From Gemmatimonadaceae bacterium (lineage in GTDB: Bacteria; Gemmatimonadota; Gemmatimonadetes; Gemmatimonadales; Gemmatimonadaceae): DNA of 13,680 bases. The DNA lies in contig JBBDYA010000085.1 in assembly GCA_040902005.1 (NCBI GenBank), positions 69,536 through 83,215 on the forward strand, given 5' to 3'. Under the pieces are notes generated by a model. That model was not told where the DNA came from. It made no database searches and worked only from the letters and a program-made list of their open reading frames with translations. The position numbers and the translations under genes were made by a program. Below, in pieces: positions 7,352-13,680 of the stretch; position 1 is the first letter of the stretch, and each line of letters opens with the position of its first letter.

Positions 7352-7597
7352 CTAGGAGGATTGGCCTGATTCGTTATTGGCAGCGGTCTCGCGAGGGTCG
7401 GGGTTCGCTATGTGGCCCGTGTCGGGCTTCGGCGGCAGCGACTTCGCGGCGGACTGCGCCGCGGAACCGGCCGGGGATGGGGCGGGGTTGTCGGTACCCG
7501 TCACCGCAATGATGATCGAACCGCCCACCTGATTCGGGTATGCGTCGAGAGACATGGTCGTTGCCGGTTGTCGAGTGGTCGCGGCGTCGCGACCCAT
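7352..7597 (-). CDS. Small hypothetical protein, 81 aa, Pro/Ala/Ser-rich
   Basis: Fills the gap between the 7613 hairpin and the kinase and stops 4 nt before the kinase ATG. Purine-rich GAGAACGAG precedes the ATG. No recognisable motif. Confidence 0.35.
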   Translation of the reverse strand: MGRDAATTRQPATTMSLDAYPNQVGGSIIIAVTGTDNPAPSPAGSAAQSAAKSLPPKPDTGHIANPDPRETAANNESGQSS

Positions 7598-7612
7598 CTC
7601 GTTCTCACTGCA

Positions 7613-7638
7613 CGCCTGGCGGCATCCGCCGCCAGGCG
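7613..7638 (-). terminator. Strong hairpin 3' of subunit gene 7670-8146 (terminator without U-tract, or mRNA 3' stabiliser)
   Basis: Perfect 11-bp stem CGCCTGGCGGC / GCCGCCAGGCG with a 4-nt loop, about 30 nt after the stop. No poly-U. Confidence 0.5.
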
Positions 7639-7669
7639 CCAGCGAGCATCCTGGTTGACGATCGGGTGT

Positions 7670-8146
7670 TTAGGAACCCGAGGTGATCGTGTACGTCACG
7701 GTGCGGCTCTGCGAGCTCACCACGCCGGAGGACAGCGCCGCCGTCAGCTCGTAGGTCACGTTCAGGCCACTCTCGGCCTTTCCGGAGATGGCGGTGACGA
7801 CGTCCGCCGCGGTCGTGGACAGCGTCGTGGCGCCGGCGCTGCTGCCGCCGGTGGGCGCCGCCAGGTTGGCGGTGAGCGTCAGCCCGGCCGGCATCGCCGA
7901 GTTGATCTGCGCGGTGATTTTCATGCTGGTACCGTTGGTCGTGACGGCCCACGTCCCACTCGCCTGCTCCGCCGTCGGCGCGCTGCCGGCAACGGCCGTG
8001 GTGATGGAGATGGACGGGCTGCCTGCAAAGGCGATCTGGTTGATCGCGTCCACCTGGAATGTCACGTCCTGCGTGGCGGTCTGGGCCTGGGCGGCACTCG
8101 CCGCGGTCAGAAGGGCCATCGTCGCCAGGATGCGTCCTGCGTTCAT
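7670..8146 (-). CDS. Putative major fimbrial/pilin-like subunit (paralogue 3), 158 aa
   Basis: Signal peptide ending AQA-Q, no Cys, Ala/Thr/Ser-rich. Gapless alignment to the 12351-12827 product gives 113/158 identities by hand count. SD GGAG upstream. Confidence 0.85.
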   Translation of the reverse strand: MNAGRILATMALLTAASAAQAQTATQDVTFQVDAINQIAFAGSPSISITTAVAGSAPTAEQASGTWAVTTNGTSMKITAQINSAMPAGLTLTANLAAPTGGSSAGATTLSTTAADVVTAISGKAESGLNVTYELTAALSSGVVSSQSRTVTYTITSGS

Positions 8147-8223
8147 TGTCGTTCTCCGATAGGGGAAGTTTGACCTGCGCAGGAAGGATGTCCCTCACCG
8201 GATTACAGGATTCTGTCCGCCGA

Positions 8224-8239
8224 ATTACGGTTTTGTCAT
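8224..8239. promoter_or_regulatory. Putative OmpR-family (CusR/CopR/CzcR-type) binding box ATTAC-GGTTTT-GTCAT, with an extra ATTAC half-site at 8202-8206
   Basis: Imperfect 5-6-5 palindrome, with a 15/16 identical copy at 12906-12921 at essentially the same distance from the paralogous start codon. Confidence 0.65.
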
Positions 8240-8269
8240 CGAGCGTCCGGCGCGCCCTGGAGGCCCGTT

Positions 8270-11032
8270 TCACTGCTGAATCCCCGCATTCGGCTTGATG
8301 GTCTTCGTGCCGGCGGCGGGTGCCTGGGTCTTGGGCGCGGCCTGGATGGATCGGAGTTCCTCGTCTTCGCCGATGATCTGCACCTCGCGTCGGCGGGGCA
8401 TCAGGCGGAAGCTCAGGGTGCGTGTTTCTCCGGGCTCCAGCGTCAATTCCACCCGGTCTGGATCAAAGCGGTGGTGGGCCGGCGCGTCACCGCGGATGCT
8501 GAGCAGCCAGTCGCCGGGCGGCACGTCGGCGAAGGACACCTTGCCGGACGCGTTCGTCGTCCGATACAGGGTGTCGCGGGCGCCGGTGAGCATCAGGGTC
8601 GCATTGGACAGGGCGCCGGCGTCCGCCAGCGAGTCCGGCGCGCCAGCCACTCCGGTACGGGCAACGATGAACTGCCGGACGTCGATGTCGATCCGGGCGC
8701 TGCGCGCGATGGCCATCGCGAACGTCGTCGGCGTGTGCCGAAGGCTGTCCACCATGAGCGTGGGATCGCCTACGAACACGGCGTTCGCGAAGGACGTTTC
8801 CTGTGACATGGACAGCCGGTGCTCGCCACCGGGTACGCCACCAAACGCCACCTGCCCCTGCCGGTCGGTGATCGCCACCTGGGGCCCGAGCCGCACCAGC
8901 GCGTTGGGCACGCCCTGACCGCTCACCGCGTCCACCACCCGGCCGTAGACGCGACCGGGAGTGCGCAACCGGGACACCGGCAGTTGCAATGGAATGCCGA
9001 ATTCGAGATAGGCCACGTTCTGGTCACCAGCGTCGAGCGTTCCTCCTCGCATGAGACGCGTCCGCAGGGAGATGCTGCTGCCATTGGCTCTCGTGTGCGA
9101 GATCAGCCCGTCCAGCTGTGAGTGCCATCCGGCGCCGGACGATTGCACGCGCGTGCCATAGCCCATGAGCGAGAGGTGCGTGGAGCGGTTCAGCCGTACC
9201 GAGACGTCGCCGCCGCCGGTGATCGCCCCATCAAGACCCTTGGTGACGCCGCCGCCGCTGTACCGCTCCACGTACGCGCCGAACGATCCGGCGCGGACGG
9301 CACTGCGGATGCCGACGGACGCCTCCGTGAACGTCCGCGAGGCCGCGTCGCTGAAGCGCGACCGACCCCTTTCGATTTCCAGCTGCAGCGTGCCGAACGG
9401 AACGCGCAGGTCCGATCGCGCGCGCAGGCTGTTCTGCACGCCCGACCGGGAAATCCCCTGCACCGTGGTGCCGCGTGAGACCGTCCCGAGTTCCAGCGTC
9501 ACCTGGTCCATGATCGTCGTGGAGATCGACCCGAGGTCGAAGCGCTCCACGTAGGGCACGCCTGTCGTGCGGCTGAGGTCCGCCTCCTGCCGGCTGCCGT
9601 TCACATTGAACGCCAGGCCGTCGCGTGCGCGCACATAGCTCGTGACATAGAGATGGTCGGCGGCGCGCTGGGCTCCGGCGAACGTGGTATCCGCCGAGCG
9701 GTGGCCCACGTCCAGGGAAAACGACTGGGCGCCGACACTGACGCGCATCGTGTGCGCGAGTCCCGGCCCGCCCCCCCCCCCGGACGCGCTCCGGCTGCGC
9801 GCCAGCTCGGCGCTGGCGCTGAGAATATCCCGATCGAATGATGCGATGCCGCTCGCAATGGCGCCGGGAAGCGCGCCACCGATCCGGTCCACCAGGTTTA
9901 CTGTGAACCGTGTGTCGAGCCGCGGCTGCGCCGTGAGGAACAGGCCGCCTTCCGCGCCGCGCTCCGGCACCCGGCGAAACTGCTGCCCATACCCACCGAA
10001 GGAAAACATGCCGCGCGTGCCGTCCGCGCCAAGCCCGAAGCCGGGCTGCCCGGAGCCGGTCAACGACGACAGCATGAACAGCTGGTCGCCGCCGCGGGCG
10101 CGCCATGAGGGCGCGCTCAGCTCCACGCGGTACTCGTCCCGCTCGCCGAACGCGGCGTAATGCCCCGTCGGACCGCGCATGAGAAAGTCGAGCGTCACGG
10201 TGCCGCCATCCACCAGCTTGCCCTGCCCGAACAGTTCGAACGGGGACACGCCATCCGACGTGGCCGCGCGAAGATGGACGCGTGTCGGGATGCGCAGGAA
10301 CTCCTCGATCTTCCGGCTTGGCTCGGGCACCACGGTAGTTCGCGCCGATGCATTGGCGGCATGTTCGTCGCCCTCCTGGAAGGCGGCAACCTCGAGGACG
10401 TCGTCTTGCGCGCCCTGCAGTCCAGCGGGCGTATGCGACGTGACGCGCACCACGCGCGATTCCTGCGACTGCAGTGCGAAGGCCGTGTCGGACAGTGTGA
10501 CGGCACCCAGGGATCCCCTGGCCGTGAGTCGCATGCGTCCCGCGACGTTGCCGCGGTTGCGCACGAGGAACGTGGCCTCGTAGCCCTTGCCACTGACCAC
10601 GAAGCCCGGACGATCGAGCAGCGTGATTTCCACCGCGCGCCGGGGCTGGACCAGCACCAGGATGGAGTCCATTACCCCCTCCGGATTCGCGGTCGTGGTG
10701 ACGGTCAATCGGACGGGGTACACCCCGGCGGCCGCGCGCGAGGGCACCACAATGCTCAGCATCAGCATCTCGGTGGAGCGCGGCGGCACGGGCAGCAGTG
10801 CGCCGCCCGTGAGCATGGTCCAGGTCTCGGGCAATTCGACGTGCGGCATCACCTGGACCGCCTCGTCGCGGCGGTTCACAACCGTGAACGCCGCCGTGAC
10901 GGTAGCGGACGCGGCAATCGTGTCCCGGCGCGCGGCGCGAATGCCAAGGGCGTCCGTGTCCTGCGCGCCTGCCGACGCGCCGACGCTTAGCGTCAGGAGC
11001 GTCGCGAACAGGACGAGGGACTGACGTCGCAC
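8270..11032 (-). CDS. Large secreted/outer-membrane protein, usher-like architecture (N-terminal Ig/NEW3-like domains, central beta-rich region, two C-terminal carboxypeptidase-regulatory-like domains), 920 aa
   Basis: GTG at 11032, 11 nt after the upstream stop, gives a signal peptide ending AGA-Q. Ig-like motifs F.VRNRGN and AAAGVYPVRL; a long Gly/aromatic amphipathic region; GRVVDAVSGQGVPNALV..TDRQGQVAFGGVPGG and TNASGKVSFADVPPGDW. The CDS is solid; the usher role is inference. Confidence 0.7.
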   Translation of the reverse strand: MRRQSLVLFATLLTLSVGASAGAQDTDALGIRAARRDTIAASATVTAAFTVVNRRDEAVQVMPHVELPETWTMLTGGALLPVPPRSTEMLMLSIVVPSRAAAGVYPVRLTVTTTANPEGVMDSILVLVQPRRAVEITLLDRPGFVVSGKGYEATFLVRNRGNVAGRMRLTARGSLGAVTLSDTAFALQSQESRVVRVTSHTPAGLQGAQDDVLEVAAFQEGDEHAANASARTTVVPEPSRKIEEFLRIPTRVHLRAATSDGVSPFELFGQGKLVDGGTVTLDFLMRGPTGHYAAFGERDEYRVELSAPSWRARGGDQLFMLSSLTGSGQPGFGLGADGTRGMFSFGGYGQQFRRVPERGAEGGLFLTAQPRLDTRFTVNLVDRIGGALPGAIASGIASFDRDILSASAELARSRSASGGGGGPGLAHTMRVSVGAQSFSLDVGHRSADTTFAGAQRAADHLYVTSYVRARDGLAFNVNGSRQEADLSRTTGVPYVERFDLGSISTTIMDQVTLELGTVSRGTTVQGISRSGVQNSLRARSDLRVPFGTLQLEIERGRSRFSDAASRTFTEASVGIRSAVRAGSFGAYVERYSGGGVTKGLDGAITGGGDVSVRLNRSTHLSLMGYGTRVQSSGAGWHSQLDGLISHTRANGSSISLRTRLMRGGTLDAGDQNVAYLEFGIPLQLPVSRLRTPGRVYGRVVDAVSGQGVPNALVRLGPQVAITDRQGQVAFGGVPGGEHRLSMSQETSFANAVFVGDPTLMVDSLRHTPTTFAMAIARSARIDIDVRQFIVARTGVAGAPDSLADAGALSNATLMLTGARDTLYRTTNASGKVSFADVPPGDWLLSIRGDAPAHHRFDPDRVELTLEPGETRTLSFRLMPRRREVQIIGEDEELRSIQAAPKTQAPAAGTKTIKPNAGIQQ
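9771..9781 (-). repeat. G11 homopolymer inside the usher-like gene (codes GGGG), currently in frame
   Basis: C11 on the + strand; the minus strand reads TCC GGG GGG GGG GGC GGG. Confidence 0.9.
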
Positions 11033-11043
11033 GGCAACGGTTC

Positions 11044-11868
11044 CTAGAACCGCAGCGTGAACTGCGAGGCGAATACCGCGTCCTCGCCGGAATCGGCGAA
11101 GACGATGGCGCGATACGTTCCGGGCGCCAGTCGGCCGAGCGCGAACGTCTGGTGCAGCGACGTACCGGGATACAGCAGTCCCCGCTCCTGTCGCGCGTTG
11201 GCGCGCAGTGTTCCCTGCTCGTCGTACACCTCGATCCACAGCGCCGGCCGGTAGGCGCGCTCACCCACGTTCTGCACCTCGAGCTCGAACGACTGCGTGC
11301 TGTCCGGATTCGTGAGGAAGCGCGAGTTGGCGAAGCCCACCTTGCGACTGCCACTCGTGCGAATGTGCGTGGCCACCTGCACCGCGTACCGGGTGACCGA
11401 CCCGATGCCCACCTGCGGACGCCCGCCAGAGGAGCGTCCGGCTTCGTTGGGCGCCCCCTCCACCATCACGGCGCTCCAGAAGGTGCCGGCCAGGGAGTCG
11501 TTCGCCGGCACCACCACGGAGTAGGTCACCGTCATTTCACTGTTGGGCGGCACCAGGAGCGAACGCACCGTGGGCGTGATCCAGCGGGCATTGGAGCGCG
11601 GTGAGGTGCCGGGATCATTGAAGTGCGAGGTGCCGTCCGCGAAGAACAGGTAGTCCGTCTGATAGATGCGCACCGGCTGGTCTTCCTGCGTGAGGTTGCG
11701 CACCACGATCGTTCCCACGTAGGTCTCGCCAGGCGAGGCGACGCGCTCCTCCACGGTGTTGCCCACCACGGAGATCTGCGCCTGTGCGAGATCCGCCGCG
11801 AACAGAAGGGCCGCGAGGGCAAGCAGATGCCTGCGCGGACAGGCGATTACGGGTGCAAGGAAGCGCAT
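11044..11868 (-). CDS. Secreted two-Ig-domain pilus chaperone-like protein (PapD-like / DUF916-like), 274 aa
   Basis: ATG at 11868, 5 nt after the upstream stop; signal peptide ending AQA-Q. Motifs PGETYVGTIVVRN, SNARWI, VPPNSEMTVTY, GTFWSAVMVE, RYAVQV; second domain with VQNVGE, LLYPGTS and LAPGTYRAIVFAD. Confidence 0.7.
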   Translation of the reverse strand: MRFLAPVIACPRRHLLALAALLFAADLAQAQISVVGNTVEERVASPGETYVGTIVVRNLTQEDQPVRIYQTDYLFFADGTSHFNDPGTSPRSNARWITPTVRSLLVPPNSEMTVTYSVVVPANDSLAGTFWSAVMVEGAPNEAGRSSGGRPQVGIGSVTRYAVQVATHIRTSGSRKVGFANSRFLTNPDSTQSFELEVQNVGERAYRPALWIEVYDEQGTLRANARQERGLLYPGTSLHQTFALGRLAPGTYRAIVFADSGEDAVFASQFTLRF

Positions 11869-11873
11869 GAGTC

Positions 11874-12335
11874 TCACGGGGCCTGGACGATGGTGAGCGT
11901 GACCGTTCGGGTACTGAGGGGGACGACGCCGGCGAGCACGGTGGCGCTGAGCTGGTAGGTGATGCCGTGCGTGGAGGTCGTACGCCGGGGAATGCCGACC
12001 ACGACGTTCCGCGCGGTCTGGTCCAGCGCGATCTGGCCCACCGACGTGGCACCCGCCGGCGCCGCGTAGGTGCCGGTGAGCGTGACGCCGGCCGGCATCG
12101 CCGCGTTGAGCTGCGCCGTGATATCGTACGTGCGGTTCGGATTGCCGGTGTCTACCGTGTACGTCGTCGTGCTGTTCCCCACTGAAATCGGCTGGGACCC
12201 CGCTACCGCCGTGCTGATGCGGAGCAGGCCGGGGTTGCCCGATACGCTCAACGTCGCCGGCTGCGCGTTCGCCGCCCTGCCGCCAATTGGCAGCAGCGCG
12301 GCGAGTGCGAGCAGGAGAACGCGAAGCCTCGGCAT
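11874..12335 (-). CDS. Putative minor/tip fimbrial subunit (paralogue 2) lacking the N-terminal extension, 153 aa
   Basis: ATG at 12335 (alternative TTG at 12347); signal peptide ending ANA-Q. Shares ITAQLNAAMPAGVTLT, AAPAGATS, TYQLSAT..AGVV and RTVT.TI with the other subunits. Confidence 0.8.
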   Translation of the reverse strand: MPRLRVLLLALAALLPIGGRAANAQPATLSVSGNPGLLRISTAVAGSQPISVGNSTTTYTVDTGNPNRTYDITAQLNAAMPAGVTLTGTYAAPAGATSVGQIALDQTARNVVVGIPRRTTSTHGITYQLSATVLAGVVPLSTRTVTLTIVQAP

Positions 12336-12350
12336 GGTCACGAACAACGC

Positions 12351-12827
12351 TCAGGTGCCGCCGGTGATGGTGTAGGTCACGGTGCGGCTCTGCGATGCCA
12401 CGACACCGGCGGCAGCGGTCGCCGAGAGACCGTACGTCACGTTCAAGGATCCTTCCGCCACCTGCGTGAGGCTGGTGACGACGTCCACCGCGGTGGTGCC
12501 AAGCGTCGTGGCGCCGGCGCTGCTTGCGCCCGCGGGCGCGGCGAGGTTCGCCGTCAGCGTCACACCGGAAGGCATCGCCGAATTGATGCTCGCCGTGATC
12601 TTGGCGTTGGACTGGTTCGTGGTGATCGCCCACGAGCCGGACGCCGTCGCCGACGCGGGTGCGCTGCCGGCCGTGGCGCTGTTGATTACGAGCGACGGGC
12701 TGCCGGTGAAGGCGATCTGATTGATCGCATCCACCTGGAAGGTCACGGTCTGCGTCGCGGTCTGGGCCTGCGCGGCGGTCGCGGCAGTCAGCAGAGCCAG
12801 CGTCGCCAGAAGTCGGGTCGTGTTCAT
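12351..12827 (-). CDS. Putative major fimbrial/pilin-like subunit (paralogue 1, first gene of the operon), 158 aa
   Basis: Signal peptide ending AQA-Q. Mature N-terminus QTATQTVTFQVDAINQI has alternating hydrophobic residues; C-terminal strand RTVTYTIT; no Cys. Confidence 0.85.
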   Translation of the reverse strand: MNTTRLLATLALLTAATAAQAQTATQTVTFQVDAINQIAFTGSPSLVINSATAGSAPASATASGSWAITTNQSNAKITASINSAMPSGVTLTANLAAPAGASSAGATTLGTTAVDVVTSLTQVAEGSLNVTYGLSATAAAGVVASQSRTVTYTITGGT

Positions 12828-12905
12828 GATGGGCGTCTCGTGAAGGCTGTCTTGTCCTGCACGAGAAGAGTGACCCCCGGGCGATTACACGAGTCTTGCA
12901 ACGGC

Positions 12906-12921
12906 ATTACGGTTCTGTCAT
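12906..12921. promoter_or_regulatory. Putative OmpR-family (CusR/CopR/CzcR-type) binding box ATTAC-GGTTCT-GTCAT, with an extra ATTAC half-site at 12884-12888
   Basis: Lies in the divergent intergenic region between the subunit operon and the response regulator; conserved copy at 8224-8239. Confidence 0.65.
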
Positions 12922-12965
12922 AGAACTGCCGGGATATGGCTCGTTCCCCTTTCCCCATCTCTTAA

Positions 12966-13680
<715 letters not shown>

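Noticed and set aside
11033..11239. N-terminal extension of the 989-aa ORF 8270..11239
   Set aside because: It overlaps the chaperone-like gene; GTG at 11032 gives a proper signal peptide.
11869..12633. N-terminal 255 codons of the 529-aa ORF 11044..12633 as a fusion protein
   Set aside because: It is an off-frame shadow of subunits 1 and 2; the real protein starts at ATG 11868 with a signal peptide.
7670..12827. Subunits as type IV pilins, curli/Fap amyloid or sortase pilins
   Set aside because: No class III prepilin motif (G|FxxxE), no Gln/Asn amyloid repeats and no LPxTG; they have ordinary signal peptidase I leaders.

Overview
High-GC bacterial DNA, plausibly Gemmatimonadota-like (an impression, not tested). 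The left part (1-5867) holds a partial CDS, a GT87/GT-C glycosyltransferase converging on a GT2 + YdjC/ChbG deacetylase pair, a DUF4142-like lipoprotein and a secreted S9 peptidase. The right part (5933-13630) is the most interesting: a minus-strand cluster that reads like a non-canonical chaperone-usher fimbrial system. It has four paralogous cysteine-free, Ala/Thr/Ser-rich secreted subunits of about 155-160 aa (one lacking the putative donor-strand extension), a two-domain chaperone-like protein and a 920-aa usher-like outer-membrane protein with an in-frame G11 tract. The two near-twin major subunits each carry a conserved upstream region with an ATGAC-N6-GTAAT box resembling CusR/CopR/CzcR sites, and a CusR/CopR-like response regulator is divergent from the cluster. 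Also inside the cluster are a sensorless histidine kinase and a 183-bp foldback MITE-like element (73-bp inverted arms, CTAG on both sides, IS5-like ends) at the kinase stop codon. The last 50 bases are poly-G, probably a sequencing artefact. All product calls come from motif recognition by eye; no searches were run.
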